From positions 352,001 through 416,000 of the forward strand of contig CP182352.1 in the NCBI GenBank assembly GCA_048571215.1: a stretch of 64,000 nt of DNA, in the 5' to 3' direction. Below the pieces are notes generated by a model, which worked only from the letters and a program-made list of their open reading frames with translations, ran no database searches and was not told the origin of the DNA. The first letter of the stretch is position 1, and every line of letters starts with the position of its first letter. Source of the DNA: Halarcobacter sp. (GTDB taxonomy: Bacteria > Campylobacterota > Campylobacteria > Campylobacterales > Arcobacteraceae). Positions 10,344 through 21,632 of this stretch are shown piece by piece. The translations under genes were made by a program, and so were the position numbers.

Positions 10344-12094
10344 ATCAAAAAAAACATATTTCAGATCCCGAACATACTATAAACAAGAGGATAAATAAAC
10401 TTTATCCTCCTGAAATTGCTGAAAAAGCAGTGCATAGTATTATTGATTTAATATTTAAATATAGATCAAGGATAAGTTCAAAAGAGTATCATTTAAGTCA
10501 TAAAGATGTTATATTGATTACCTATGGTGATCAAGTTGCAAGGGATCATGAAGCATCTTTACACACGCTAAAAGAGTTTTTAGATAAGCACTTAAAAGGG
10601 GTAATAAATTCAGTACATATCTTACCTTTTTATCCAAGTTCTTCAGATAGTGGATTTTCAGTTGTAAATTATAGTGCCGTTGATCCACATATGGGTTCAT
10701 GGAGAGAGATAGAAACAATTAGTGCTGATTATAGACTTATGGTTGATGGAGTTATTAATCATATTTCACAGTTTTCTGATTGGTTTAAAGCTTTTTTATC
10801 AGGAGATAGATATTTTCAAGACTTTTTTATAGAGGTTGACCCTGCGATTGATTTGAGTGATGTAGTAAGACCAAGAGCATCACCTTTATTAAGTGAGTTT
10901 GTTGATAATGATGGAAAAATAAGAAATGTATGGACAACCTTTAGTAGAGATCAAGTTGATTTAAACTATAAAAACCATAGGGTTTTAAGAAATGTTCTTG
11001 ATGCTTTATTTTATTATATAGAAAAGGGTGCAACTTTAATTAGACTTGATGCAATTGCTTTTGTATGGAAAGAGATAGGAAGCCCCTGTGTTCATCTACC
11101 TCAAACCCATGAGTTGATACAACTAATAAGAGAGGTTCTTCACGAAGTTGCACCAGAAGTTATTATAATCACAGAAACAAATGTTCCCCACCATGAAAAT
11201 GTATCTTATTTTGGAAGTGGTGATGATGAAGCTCAAATGGTTTATAATTTTGCTTTACCACCTTTACTTGTTCACTCTGTATTGAACCAAAATACTGAAG
11301 CCTTATCAAACTGGGCAAAAACATTAAGCTTACCTAGTGATAAAGTTTGTTTTTTTAATTTTACTGCAAGCCATGATGGTATAGGATTACGACCTGTAAA
11401 TGGTGTATTAGCAGATGAAGATATTGATTTTTTAGTTAATAAAGTAAAAGAACATGGGGGATTAGTTTCATATAGAGCCGAATCAGATGGTACACAAAGC
11501 CCTTATGAGTTAAATTGTAGTTATATTGATGCTTTAAGTCATCCCAATGAAGATGATAGAACTAGAATGAAAAAAATGCTTTTAACCCAAGCTACAGTAT
11601 TAGCAATGCCTGGGGTTCCAGGTATATATTTCCATTCATTAGTTGGTTCTAGAAATTATAATGATGGAGTTAAACATACAGGAATCAATAGGTCAATAAA
11701 TAGAGAAAAATACAATATTGATTGGTTAGAGAGTGAACTATCTACTCAAGGTAGTTTGGCAAAAATGATTTTTGATAGTTATAAAAGGCTAATTTCAATA
11801 AGAATTAATGAGGATGCTTTTAATCCATTTGGTACTTTTAAGTTTTTAGATTTAGATAAAAGAGTTTTTGCAATTGATCAACAATGTTGTGGTCATAAAG
11901 AAAGAATTGTCGCAATTCATAATTTTTCAGACCAAGAAGTTATATGCAATTTGCCTGAAGATATTTTGTTACCATTGTGTGATATACTTACTTCAAGCTG
12001 TGCAAATTTTTCTTTTGATAATTTTAAAGAGAAGCAATCAAGAGAGATAGTATTAGAGCCATATCAAATAATGTGGCTTAAGGGAAAAGTTTAA
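10340..12094 (+). CDS. GH13_18 sucrose-phosphorylase family enzyme, probably glucosylglycerate phosphorylase
   Basis: LITYGD, HILPFYP, WTTFS, RLDAIAF, TETNVP, YNFALPPL, ASHDGIG, YELN; substrate inferred from neighbours. Confidence 0.8.
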   Translation: MNQKKHISDPEHTINKRINKLYPPEIAEKAVHSIIDLIFKYRSRISSKEYHLSHKDVILITYGDQVARDHEASLHTLKEFLDKHLKGVINSVHILPFYPSSSDSGFSVVNYSAVDPHMGSWREIETISADYRLMVDGVINHISQFSDWFKAFLSGDRYFQDFFIEVDPAIDLSDVVRPRASPLLSEFVDNDGKIRNVWTTFSRDQVDLNYKNHRVLRNVLDALFYYIEKGATLIRLDAIAFVWKEIGSPCVHLPQTHELIQLIREVLHEVAPEVIIITETNVPHHENVSYFGSGDDEAQMVYNFALPPLLVHSVLNQNTEALSNWAKTLSLPSDKVCFFNFTASHDGIGLRPVNGVLADEDIDFLVNKVKEHGGLVSYRAESDGTQSPYELNCSYIDALSHPNEDDRTRMKKMLLTQATVLAMPGVPGIYFHSLVGSRNYNDGVKHTGINRSINREKYNIDWLESELSTQGSLAKMIFDSYKRLISIRINEDAFNPFGTFKFLDLDKRVFAIDQQCCGHKERIVAIHNFSDQEVICNLPEDILLPLCDILTSSCANFSFDNFKEKQSREIVLEPYQIMWLKGKV

Positions 12095-12115
12095 AATTAT
12101 ATAAAATAGGAGAAG

Positions 12116-12952
12116 ATGATGATTAAAAAGTGTTTATTCCCAGCAGCAGGATACGGAACAAGGTTTTTACCAGCAACAAAGGCTATGCCAAAGGAGATGT
12201 TGCCAATTTTAACTAAACCACTTATTCAATATGGGGTTGAAGAAGCGATGGAAGCTGGATGTGATGTAATGGCAACTATAACAGGACGTGGGAAAAGAGC
12301 AATCACAGACCATTTTGATGTATCTTATGAGTTAGAACATCAAATTCAAGGTTCATCAAAAGAGAAGATGTTAGCAGATATTAGAAATATTATTGATAAA
12401 TGTACCTTTACTTATACAAGACAAAATGAGATGAAAGGTTTAGGTGATGCTATTTATAAAGGAAAAGTATTAGTTGGAGATAGTGCTCCTTTTGCAGTGA
12501 TTCTTGCAGATGATTTATGTGTTAACCCAAAAGGTGATGGGGTTTTAACTCAAATGGTAAATCTTTATGAAAAATATAAATGTTGTATTGTAGCAACCAT
12601 GGAAGTTCCTAAAGAGGAAGTTCATAAATATGGTGTTATTGAAGGAAGCAAAATAGAAGATGGTGTTTTTATGATTTCAAATATGGTGGAAAAACCAGAT
12701 AATGATAAAGCCCCTTCAAATCTTGCAGTTATTGGAAGATATATCTTAACTCCAGATATTTTTGAAGTGATAAAAAATACAAAACCTGGGAAAAATGGAG
12801 AGTTACAAATTACTGATGCCTTATGTACACAAGCAAAAAATGGAATGGTTTTAGCTTACAAGTTCAAAGGTAAAAGGTTTGATTGTGGTTCAGTTGATGG
12901 ATTTGTAGAAGCTACAAACTATTTTTATGAATTAGAAAAAAAGAAAAAATAA
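12116..12952 (+). CDS. galU: UTP-glucose-1-phosphate uridylyltransferase
   Basis: PAAGYGTRFLPATKAMPKEMLP, VEKP, GELQITDA. Confidence 0.95.
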   Translation: MMIKKCLFPAAGYGTRFLPATKAMPKEMLPILTKPLIQYGVEEAMEAGCDVMATITGRGKRAITDHFDVSYELEHQIQGSSKEKMLADIRNIIDKCTFTYTRQNEMKGLGDAIYKGKVLVGDSAPFAVILADDLCVNPKGDGVLTQMVNLYEKYKCCIVATMEVPKEEVHKYGVIEGSKIEDGVFMISNMVEKPDNDKAPSNLAVIGRYILTPDIFEVIKNTKPGKNGELQITDALCTQAKNGMVLAYKFKGKRFDCGSVDGFVEATNYFYELEKKKK

Positions 12953-12962
12953 AGAAGAAAAA

Positions 12963-14426
12963 ATGAGTTCAAAGAACAATCTATGTGATTTTGTTCTATT
13001 TGGGGGACATGGAGATTTGGCATTTAGAAAACTTATGCCAGCTCTATACCACCTATGTAGTGACGAATATATTTCAAGTGATAGTAGGATAATAACAGTA
13101 TCAAGAAAAGATATTAGTAGAGATGAACATATTGAACTAGTAAAAGAAAAACTAATAGAGTTTTTACCTAAAGATAGTTTTAGTAGTGAAGATTTTGAAA
13201 AATTCAAAAATAAATTGTATATGGTTACTTTAGATTTTCCAGATGCACAAAGTTATGAAAAACTAAGAGATTTATTAGATGAATTTGAAACAAGAGATAG
13301 GGTAAATTATCTTTCAACTTCACCGGATTTTTTTGGAAGTATTTGTCAAGCTTTAGATAAATGGAGTTTGATTAAGACAAATAGTAGAGTTGTTTTAGAA
13401 AAACCTTTAGGAAAGGACTTAAGCTCTTCAAGAGCGATAAATAAAAAGGTATTAAAATATTTCCAAGAGGATCAAGTGTTTAGAATTGATCACTATTTAG
13501 GTAAAGATACCGTACAAAATATTATGGCATTGAGATTTTCAAATAGATTGTTTATGCCTTTATGGAACTCAAATCATATAGACCATGTACAAATTACAGT
13601 TGCAGAAAGTGTAGGAGTTGAAGGTAGATGGGGTTATTATAATGAATATGGTGCTTTAAGGGATATGATTCAAAACCATTTAGTACAACTTCTTTGTTTA
13701 ATAGCAATGGAACCACCATGTTCTTTAGATGCAAATAGTGTTAGGGATGAGAAAGTAAAGGTATTAAGAAGCCTTAGAAAAATGAGTTTATCTGATATCG
13801 AATCAAAAACTGTTAGGGCTCAATATACACAAGGTGCCATTGATGGACAACCTGTTGGTGGTTATTTAGAGGGACATGATATTGCTAAAAGTGATACAGA
13901 AACTTTTGCAGCAATAAGGGTTGATATAGATAACTGGAGATGGAATCAAGTCCCTTTTTATATAAGGACAGGAAAAAGAATGCAAGAAAGAAATTCTGAG
14001 ATTGTTTTACAATTTAAGTCTGTTCCCCATTCAATTTTTCCAAACAATGGAGCTTCAATTTGTGCAAATAAACTTGTAATAACTCTTCAACCAAATGAGA
14101 GTATTGAATTAAAGCTTATGAATAAAACTCCTGGAATTAGTGATACTATGAGATTACAACAAGTTGATTTAGAACTTAATGCACCTTTAGATTTAAAAAG
14201 AAAACCAGATGCATACGAAAGATTGATTTTAGATGTTATTCAAGATAATGCAACTCTTTTTATGAGACTTGATGAGGTTGAGGCTGCATGGAAATGGACC
14301 GATGAGATTATAAAAGGTTGGGAAGATAATATTGTACCTCTAAAAACATATACAGCTGGTACAAATGGACCATCTGCATGTTATCAGCTTATTGCCCAAG
14401 ATGGAAGAAGTTGGAACGATGAGTAG
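12963..14426 (+). CDS. zwf: Glucose-6-phosphate 1-dehydrogenase
   Basis: GGHGDLA, EKPLG, RIDHYLGK, RDMIQNH. Confidence 0.96.
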   Translation: MSSKNNLCDFVLFGGHGDLAFRKLMPALYHLCSDEYISSDSRIITVSRKDISRDEHIELVKEKLIEFLPKDSFSSEDFEKFKNKLYMVTLDFPDAQSYEKLRDLLDEFETRDRVNYLSTSPDFFGSICQALDKWSLIKTNSRVVLEKPLGKDLSSSRAINKKVLKYFQEDQVFRIDHYLGKDTVQNIMALRFSNRLFMPLWNSNHIDHVQITVAESVGVEGRWGYYNEYGALRDMIQNHLVQLLCLIAMEPPCSLDANSVRDEKVKVLRSLRKMSLSDIESKTVRAQYTQGAIDGQPVGGYLEGHDIAKSDTETFAAIRVDIDNWRWNQVPFYIRTGKRMQERNSEIVLQFKSVPHSIFPNNGASICANKLVITLQPNESIELKLMNKTPGISDTMRLQQVDLELNAPLDLKRKPDAYERLILDVIQDNATLFMRLDEVEAAWKWTDEIIKGWEDNIVPLKTYTAGTNGPSACYQLIAQDGRSWNDE

Positions 14427-15111
14427 TATTTTAAAAAAATTTGATACCCCTAGTAGCTTAGTTGATAATTTGGCTTCACAAATAATAAAAGATTTGGAAG
14501 ATGCAATTTTAAAAAAAGGTGAAGCAACACTGCTTGTTTCAGGGGGAAATACTCCAAAACCACTTTTTGAAAAACTTTCAAATATAGATTTTCAGTGGGA
14601 AAAAATTACTATTGCTTTAGTTGATGAGAGATGGATAGATACAACAAATTGTAATAGTAATGAAAATTTAGTTAAAAACTTTTTGCTTAAAAACTATGCA
14701 TCAAAGGCAAAGTTTATTGGTATGTATATTTTAGCAAAAGAGATAACTGAGTGTGAAGAGTATTGCTCAAAAGCTTACCAAAAACTTTTTCCTTTTGATG
14801 TTATTATTTTAGGTATGGGAAATGATGCTCATACGGCTTCTTTATTCCCAAATAATAAAAGACTAAAAGAGGGATTTGATTTAGATTCTAGTGCTTTGTG
14901 TTTAAGTATAGAGCCAGAAACTGCACCATATACTAGAATGAGTTTAAATCTAAAAGCAATACTTAGTGCAGATAAAATTTACTTACATATTGAAGGACAA
15001 GAAAAGTTTGATGTATATAAAAAAGCTTTAGAAAGTAAAGATATTTATACAACTCCTATAAGTTCAGTTTTAAACTCTGAACATAAAAATATTGAGGTAT
15101 TTTACTCATGA
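14419..15111 (+). CDS. pgl: 6-phosphogluconolactonase
   Basis: SGGNTP, VDERW, LGMGNDAHTASLFP; start reassigned to ATG 14419. Confidence 0.93.
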   Translation: MSSILKKFDTPSSLVDNLASQIIKDLEDAILKKGEATLLVSGGNTPKPLFEKLSNIDFQWEKITIALVDERWIDTTNCNSNENLVKNFLLKNYASKAKFIGMYILAKEITECEEYCSKAYQKLFPFDVIILGMGNDAHTASLFPNNKRLKEGFDLDSSALCLSIEPETAPYTRMSLNLKAILSADKIYLHIEGQEKFDVYKKALESKDIYTTPISSVLNSEHKNIEVFYS

Positions 15112-16928
15112 ATGAAATTATAAAAGATGTAACAAATAGGGTAATTGAACGATCAATACCTAGTCGTGAAATATATTTAAAAAAAGTAGCACATGCTAAA
15201 AAAAATGTGGTAAACAGGAAAACTTTGGGTTGTAGTAATCTTGCCCATGCAGCAGCTCCATTAAATAGTGATGAAAAAAAACAACTATTAAATAGTGATG
15301 ATTATAATATGGCAATAGTAACAGCATATAATGATATGTTATCTGCCCATGAACCTTATAGTGTATATCCAGCCTTATTAAAAAGAGCCTTAATGGAATA
15401 TGGAGTATCTGCACAAGTTGCAGGTGGAGTACCTGCTATGTGTGATGGGGTTACTCAAAGTCAAACAGGAATGGAACTTAGTTTATTTAGTAGGGATAAT
15501 ATTGCTATGGGAACAGCAATAGCCTTATCACACAATGTATATGATGGAGCTTTTTACCTTGGTGTTTGTGATAAGATTGTACCTGGACTTTTAATAGGGG
15601 CTTTGAGTTTTGGAAACCTTCCTGCAATATTTGTACCAGCTGGACCAATGCCTTCTGGGATTTCAAATACCCAAAAAGCACAAGTAAGACAAGATTATGC
15701 TAGTGGAAAGGCTGATGAAAAGGCACTTTTAAATGCAGAATCAGCTTCATATCATACAAGTGGTACTTGTACCTTTTATGGAACTGCAAACTCAAACCAA
15801 ATGCTTTTAGAGATGATGGGACTTCAACTCCCAAATAGTTCCTTTGTAAATGCAAACACACAATTAAGGGATTTACTTACCCAAGAAGCAGCAAGAACTT
15901 TAGTGGAATTAACAAAAAGCAAACTTAGTATTAGTGATATTGTAGATGAAAAAAGTTTTATAAATGCGATTATCGGGCTTATGGCAACAGGTGGTTCATC
16001 TAACCATACAATTCATTTAATAGCAATGGCAAAAGCAGCTGGGATTGTATTAACTTGGGATGATTTTAATGAGATTTCAAAAGTTATTCCACTTTTATGT
16101 AAACTTTATCCAAATGGAAGTGCTGATGTAAATCATTTTAGAGAAGCAGGTGGTATGAGTGTAGTTATAAATGAACTACTTGAATATGGTTTAGTACATG
16201 ATGATGTACAAACTGTTGTTGGTTTTGGTTTAGAAAAATATATAGTTGAACCAAAAGTTGAAAATGATAGTTTAGTATTTGCAGATGGTTCTATAGTTTC
16301 AAAAGATGAAAATATAATCTCAACTGTTCAAAAACCTTTTAATATAGAGGGTGGAATAAAACTTTTAAAAGGAAATATTGGGAGAAGTGTAATAAAAACT
16401 TCAGCTTTAAAAAATCAAAAAATGATTATTGAAGCACCAGCAATTGTTTTTAATTCCCAAGAAGAGTTACAAACTGCTTTTAAAGCAGGTGAGTTAGAAA
16501 AAGATTTTATTGCAGTTGTACGATATCAAGGACCTAAATCAAATGGTATGCCAGAGCTTCATGGGCTTATGCCTCCCCTTGGAGTTTTACAAGACAAAGG
16601 TTTTAAAGTTGCTATTGTAACAGATGGTAGAATGTCAGGGGCTTCAGGAAAAGTCCCTTCAGCAATCCACCTTACACCTGAAGCAAAGAGTGATACAGTC
16701 TTAGCAAAAATAAAAACTGGTGATATGATAAGATTTGATTTAGAAAAAAATGAAGTGGAACTTTTAGTTTCACAAGAAGAATTAGATAAACGGCAGATTG
16801 AAGAAGTTGATTTATCTTCTAATAAAATGGGTATGGGGAGAGAATTATTTACTACTGTTAGAGCCAATATTTCCCAAGCAGAAGATGGTGCAACAATATT
16901 TAAATTACCAGGTAAGGAGCTTGCATGA
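15108..16928 (+). CDS. edd: Phosphogluconate dehydratase
   Basis: CSNLAH, YNDMLSAH, PAMCDG, CDKIVPG, GTCTFYGTAN, TDGRMSGASG. Confidence 0.96.
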   Translation: MNEIIKDVTNRVIERSIPSREIYLKKVAHAKKNVVNRKTLGCSNLAHAAAPLNSDEKKQLLNSDDYNMAIVTAYNDMLSAHEPYSVYPALLKRALMEYGVSAQVAGGVPAMCDGVTQSQTGMELSLFSRDNIAMGTAIALSHNVYDGAFYLGVCDKIVPGLLIGALSFGNLPAIFVPAGPMPSGISNTQKAQVRQDYASGKADEKALLNAESASYHTSGTCTFYGTANSNQMLLEMMGLQLPNSSFVNANTQLRDLLTQEAARTLVELTKSKLSISDIVDEKSFINAIIGLMATGGSSNHTIHLIAMAKAAGIVLTWDDFNEISKVIPLLCKLYPNGSADVNHFREAGGMSVVINELLEYGLVHDDVQTVVGFGLEKYIVEPKVENDSLVFADGSIVSKDENIISTVQKPFNIEGGIKLLKGNIGRSVIKTSALKNQKMIIEAPAIVFNSQEELQTAFKAGELEKDFIAVVRYQGPKSNGMPELHGLMPPLGVLQDKGFKVAIVTDGRMSGASGKVPSAIHLTPEAKSDTVLAKIKTGDMIRFDLEKNEVELLVSQEELDKRQIEEVDLSSNKMGMGRELFTTVRANISQAEDGATIFKLPGKELA

Positions 16929-17548
16929 ATGCAAATGATGTGATGAATATCTCACCTATTGTTCCAGTTATTGCAATAGATGATAAGAAAGATGCTTTAC
17001 CTTTAGCAAAAGCTTTAAGTGAAGGTGGAATAAATATTATGGAGATAACTTTAAGAACTTCTGCTGGTCTTAAAGCTATTGAACTTATTTCAAAAGAGTT
17101 TCCTACTATGAATGTGGGAGCTGGAACCGTTTGCAATGAAGAAGATCTAGTAAAATCAAAAGATGCAGGTTCTAAATTTGTTTTTTCACCTGGTATTTCT
17201 CAAGAATTAATAGATGCCTCTAAAAAACACAATATCACACTAATCCCTGGAGTTGCAACTTCAAGTGAAGTTATGTTAGCACAAAATAATGGTATATTTA
17301 ATTGCAAACTTTTCCCAGCAACCTTAAGTGGAGGAGTAGATATCTTAAAGGCTTTTTCAGGACCTTTTGCAAAAATGAGATTTTGTCCAACAGGTGGAGT
17401 AAATCTAAAGAATCTAAATGATTTTTTAAGTTTAAAAAATGTTATGTGTGTGGGGGGAACTTGGATTGTTCCAAAAGATGCTATAGAAAATAAAGATTTT
17501 GGAAAAATAACTGCACTTTGTAAAGAAGCTATAAATAATATTAATTAA
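16925..17548 (+). CDS. eda: KDPG/KHG aldolase
   Basis: EITLRT, GAGTV, KLFPA, FCPTGGV. Confidence 0.95.
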   Translation: MNANDVMNISPIVPVIAIDDKKDALPLAKALSEGGINIMEITLRTSAGLKAIELISKEFPTMNVGAGTVCNEEDLVKSKDAGSKFVFSPGISQELIDASKKHNITLIPGVATSSEVMLAQNNGIFNCKLFPATLSGGVDILKAFSGPFAKMRFCPTGGVNLKNLNDFLSLKNVMCVGGTWIVPKDAIENKDFGKITALCKEAINNIN

Positions 17549-17560
17549 AAGGTTTTAACA

Positions 17561-19195
17561 ATGAATGGGAAAAGAGATTTACTTTTTGATGAGTTAAAAA
17601 AGTTAAAAACAGATATTCAAAAAAATGACTTAAAAGAACTTTTTAATTTAAATCCAAAGAGATTTGAACAGCTTAGTATCTCACATGAAGATATGATATT
17701 AGACTATTCAAAAATACATTTAGATAAAGATATATTATCAAAACTTTTTGAAGTGGCAAAAGTTTGTGAAGTTGAAGAAAAAAGAGATGCTATGTTTAGA
17801 GGTGATAAGATTAATATCACTGAAAATAGAGCAGTTCTTCATACTGCCTTACGAAATGATATAAATAAGCCTGTTTATGTGGATGGTAAAAATATTATGC
17901 CAGATGTCGCAAGTGTTTTAGAAAAAATGACCTCATTTTCAAATGATATAAGAGCTGGAAAAATACTTTCATCATCAAATGAAAAATTTACAGATATAGT
18001 TAATATTGGAATAGGGGGATCACATTTAGGTCCTGAGATGGTGACACAAGCTTTAAAACCATATCACGATGGGCCAAAGTTACATTTTGTTTCAAATATT
18101 GATTCTTCACATATTAGTGATACTATAAAAGATTTAAATCCTTCAACAACTTTGTTTATTGTTGCTTCTAAAACCTTTACAACAATCGAAACTATGACAA
18201 ATGCAAAATCGGCTAAGAGATGGCTTGTTCAATCACTAGGTGTTGAAAAGGCAAACTTACATTTTGTTGCACTTTCAACTGCTTTAGAGAAAACAAAAGA
18301 GTTTGGAATTGAAGATGATAGAGTGTTTGGATTTTGGGATTGGGTTGGTGGAAGATACTCGATTTGGAGTGCTATAGGCTTAAGTGTGATGTTGGCAATT
18401 GGGGCTGATAACTTTAAAGAGTTTTTATTGGGTGCTTATGAGATGGATGAACACTTTAAAAATACTCCGTGTGAACAAAATATGCCTATGATTTTAGGTC
18501 TTATTGGGATTTGGCATAGAAATATTTGCAACTATCCTACAAGGGCTATTTTACCTTATGATCAAAGATTGAAATCTTTCACTTCATATATTCAACAATT
18601 AGATATGGAGTCAAATGGTAAAAGGGTTTCCTCTTTAGGAGATGAGTTAGATATAAAAACAGGTCCAGTTGTTTGGGGAGAAGCGGGAACCAACTCGCAA
18701 CACTCATTTTTTCAATTATTACACCAAGGAACTAATATAACTCCATGCGAGTTTATGGTGGGGGTTAATAACCATGAAGAGGATATGAAAATACATAATG
18801 ATTTGCTTATGGCAAACTGTTTAGCCCAAAGTCAAGCTTTGATGAATGGAAGAGATATAAATGAGGTTAAACAAATATTAAAAGATTCAGGACTAGATGA
18901 AAAACATATAGAAGCTTTGGCTAGCCACAAAGTATTTAAAGGGAATAGACCCTCATCAACTCTAATCTACAAAATACTTGACCCAAAAACATTAGGAAAA
19001 ATTATTGCACTTTATGAGCATAGAGTTTTTGTAGAAGGTGCCATTTGGAATATTGATTCCTTTGATCAATGGGGAGTAGAACTTGGAAAAGAGTTAGCTA
19101 CAAAAATGGTTTCATATCTACAAGATAAAGAGCCTAGCGGTATTGATTCTTCTAGTGTGGGACTTCTTAATGCAATTAAACTTTGGAGTAAATAA
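17561..19195 (+). CDS. pgi: Glucose-6-phosphate isomerase
   Basis: GIGGSHLG, SKTFTT, DWVGGRYS, FDQWGVELGK. Confidence 0.97.
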   Translation: MNGKRDLLFDELKKLKTDIQKNDLKELFNLNPKRFEQLSISHEDMILDYSKIHLDKDILSKLFEVAKVCEVEEKRDAMFRGDKINITENRAVLHTALRNDINKPVYVDGKNIMPDVASVLEKMTSFSNDIRAGKILSSSNEKFTDIVNIGIGGSHLGPEMVTQALKPYHDGPKLHFVSNIDSSHISDTIKDLNPSTTLFIVASKTFTTIETMTNAKSAKRWLVQSLGVEKANLHFVALSTALEKTKEFGIEDDRVFGFWDWVGGRYSIWSAIGLSVMLAIGADNFKEFLLGAYEMDEHFKNTPCEQNMPMILGLIGIWHRNICNYPTRAILPYDQRLKSFTSYIQQLDMESNGKRVSSLGDELDIKTGPVVWGEAGTNSQHSFFQLLHQGTNITPCEFMVGVNNHEEDMKIHNDLLMANCLAQSQALMNGRDINEVKQILKDSGLDEKHIEALASHKVFKGNRPSSTLIYKILDPKTLGKIIALYEHRVFVEGAIWNIDSFDQWGVELGKELATKMVSYLQDKEPSGIDSSSVGLLNAIKLWSK

Positions 19196-19352
19196 AATAT
19201 TTAATTCTTGTAATAATAAAGACAGAAATTTTGAGTAAATTCTAGAATTTTTTAAAATAATTTTCATATTAATATACCTTGATAAAAAAATGATACTTTC
19301 TTAATACTTTTTTTTGTTATAATACTAAAATTTTATTATAAGGGTTGTTTTA

Positions 19353-21632
19353 TTGTTTAAAAAGAATTATAAGAATTTATTTATATATACTTATGTTACA
19401 AGCATTGTAATTGTTATTGTTTTAATCTCTTTTATATTTAATATAACAAAAGAGAGTGATATATCTAAAATATCTATAGAAAATTTAAAATCCAAGATGA
19501 GTGAACGAGAAAATTTCTTATTATCTTATATAAATACTTATAAAAGTTCATTGTTATCATTATCTCAAGATACTACTTTTAATGACTACTTAAATGATAA
19601 TAGTTTTAAAACCCTAGTCAATAATCAATTTCTAACTATAGTAAAATCTGAAGAAGCAATTTCAAAAATAACTTATATAGGTTTAGATGGTTTTGAAAAA
19701 ATTAGAGTTAAAAAAAATGTTCACAATAAATATATAATTGAAAAAGATTTACAAGATAGCCCTAATAAAGAGTATTTGAAAGAATTTACTAATTTAAAAA
19801 GAGGACAGGTAAGTTCTTCAAAAATTGAATTGAGAAAAGAGTTAGGAGAAATTGTTAAGCCAAAGGAGATTATCCTTAACTTAGCTACTCCTGTATATGA
19901 TATCTTAGAAAAAAATAGGGGAGTATTAATTTTTACTATATCACTTAATAAATTTTTTGATGATTTTCATAAAACAACACTTTATAATGTCTACTTAGTA
20001 GATAATTTTGGTAGATATATTTTCCATTATGATAAAAACAAAGGTTTAACTAGTAAGAGTTTTTATAGTTATACTTTAACAAATGAGTTTGGAAAAGATA
20101 CTGCTTTAAAGATTTTAAATACAAAAGATTATTTAGGGTCTGAATTTTATTCAAAAAAAATTGATAATTTTGAAAATGGTCAATCTTTAGTTTTACTTTT
20201 AGACTTAAAATATGGAAAACTTATTAAAGAAAAACAGAGTGAACAACTTATATTTTATATAGCAACTATCCTAATAGCTTTTGTAATTTTCCCTTTAGTT
20301 TTGAGTTTTGCAAGAAGAACAGATCAGTTAAGGGAAAAGGTTAATGATAGTTTTAATATTGATAAACTTACTGATTTGCCAAATAGAATTGAACTTTTTA
20401 GCGATTTAGAAAAAAGAGTATTTGAAAATTCAATTATAATATTAATTCATATTGACAATTATAATAAGCTAAAAAATGTATATGGATATGAAGCGATACA
20501 AATTGCAGTTAAAAAATTATCAGATTTTTTAATTAGTAGTGAAATGTCTGATGATATTACAAAGGTTTATAGTGTATCAAAAGATTCTTTTGCATTAAAA
20601 TATGATTATTCAAGTGATTTGAAATTAAATAGTTTTCTTCAAGAGCTTCATAATATATTTGAAAAGAAAAGATTTTATATTTTAGATGATTTAGATATAT
20701 CTTTTGATTTAACTTTAGCAGCAAGTAACCCTTATAAATTAAATAACAATGTGGATGAATTAAAAGAAGCAGAGATTGCTTTGGAACATGCTTTAAGTGA
20801 AAAACACGATATATATGTTTACAATGAGCAAGTTGAAAACAATATAAATGTAAATAGAAAAAATATAGAGATGGTAAGGGTTATAAAAAAAGCAATACAA
20901 AATGATGGAGTTGTAGTATATTTTCAACCAATTTACAATAATTATAAGAAAAAAATAGAAAAATATGAATCTTTAGTCAGATTAAAAGTTGATGGGAAAA
21001 TGTATTTCCCCGATGAGTTCTTACCTATATCAAAAGATATCAAAAAATATAAAACATTAACAAAAATAATAATAGATAAATCATTTTCTTTTTTTAAAGA
21101 AAAAGAGTTTGAGTTTTCAATAAACTTAACAATGGAAGATATTATAAGTGATGAGATTAGGGAGTACCTTTTTGAAAGAATAAGAAATAGTACTATGCCT
21201 CAAAACTTAGTTATAGAGATTGTAGAGTCAGAATCGATAAAAGATTATGAACAGTTTGTAAAGTTTATAAAAAAAGTTAAAAGTTTAGGGTGTAAAATTG
21301 CCATTGATGATTTTGGTTCAGGATACTCAAACTTTGATTATATAGTAAAACTAAATGAATATATAGATTATCTTAAAATAGATGGTTCTTTAGTTGTGGG
21401 GATTGAAAAAAATAAAAAAAACCAATTGATTATTGGAACAATAAAATTTTTATGTGATAATTTAGGAATAGATACAATAGTTGAATATGTAGAAAACAAA
21501 GAGTCTTTTGATTTTATTAAATCTATGAACATCGATTTCTCCCAAGGTTATTATATTGGAAAACCAGATGAGTGTATCTCTTCTAATATGGATTTTGAAG
21601 ATGAAGAGGAAAAAAATCCTTTCTCTTTTTGA
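19353..21632 (+). CDS. Cache-type periplasmic sensor with degenerate GGDEF (SKDSF) and EAL domain; likely c-di-GMP phosphodiesterase
   Basis: 2 TM segments, DKLTDLPNR, YESLVR, DDFGSGYS, KIDGS, QGYY. Confidence 0.82.
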   Translation: MFKKNYKNLFIYTYVTSIVIVIVLISFIFNITKESDISKISIENLKSKMSERENFLLSYINTYKSSLLSLSQDTTFNDYLNDNSFKTLVNNQFLTIVKSEEAISKITYIGLDGFEKIRVKKNVHNKYIIEKDLQDSPNKEYLKEFTNLKRGQVSSSKIELRKELGEIVKPKEIILNLATPVYDILEKNRGVLIFTISLNKFFDDFHKTTLYNVYLVDNFGRYIFHYDKNKGLTSKSFYSYTLTNEFGKDTALKILNTKDYLGSEFYSKKIDNFENGQSLVLLLDLKYGKLIKEKQSEQLIFYIATILIAFVIFPLVLSFARRTDQLREKVNDSFNIDKLTDLPNRIELFSDLEKRVFENSIIILIHIDNYNKLKNVYGYEAIQIAVKKLSDFLISSEMSDDITKVYSVSKDSFALKYDYSSDLKLNSFLQELHNIFEKKRFYILDDLDISFDLTLAASNPYKLNNNVDELKEAEIALEHALSEKHDIYVYNEQVENNINVNRKNIEMVRVIKKAIQNDGVVVYFQPIYNNYKKKIEKYESLVRLKVDGKMYFPDEFLPISKDIKKYKTLTKIIIDKSFSFFKEKEFEFSINLTMEDIISDEIREYLFERIRNSTMPQNLVIEIVESESIKDYEQFVKFIKKVKSLGCKIAIDDFGSGYSNFDYIVKLNEYIDYLKIDGSLVVGIEKNKKNQLIIGTIKFLCDNLGIDTIVEYVENKESFDFIKSMNIDFSQGYYIGKPDECISSNMDFEDEEEKNPFSF

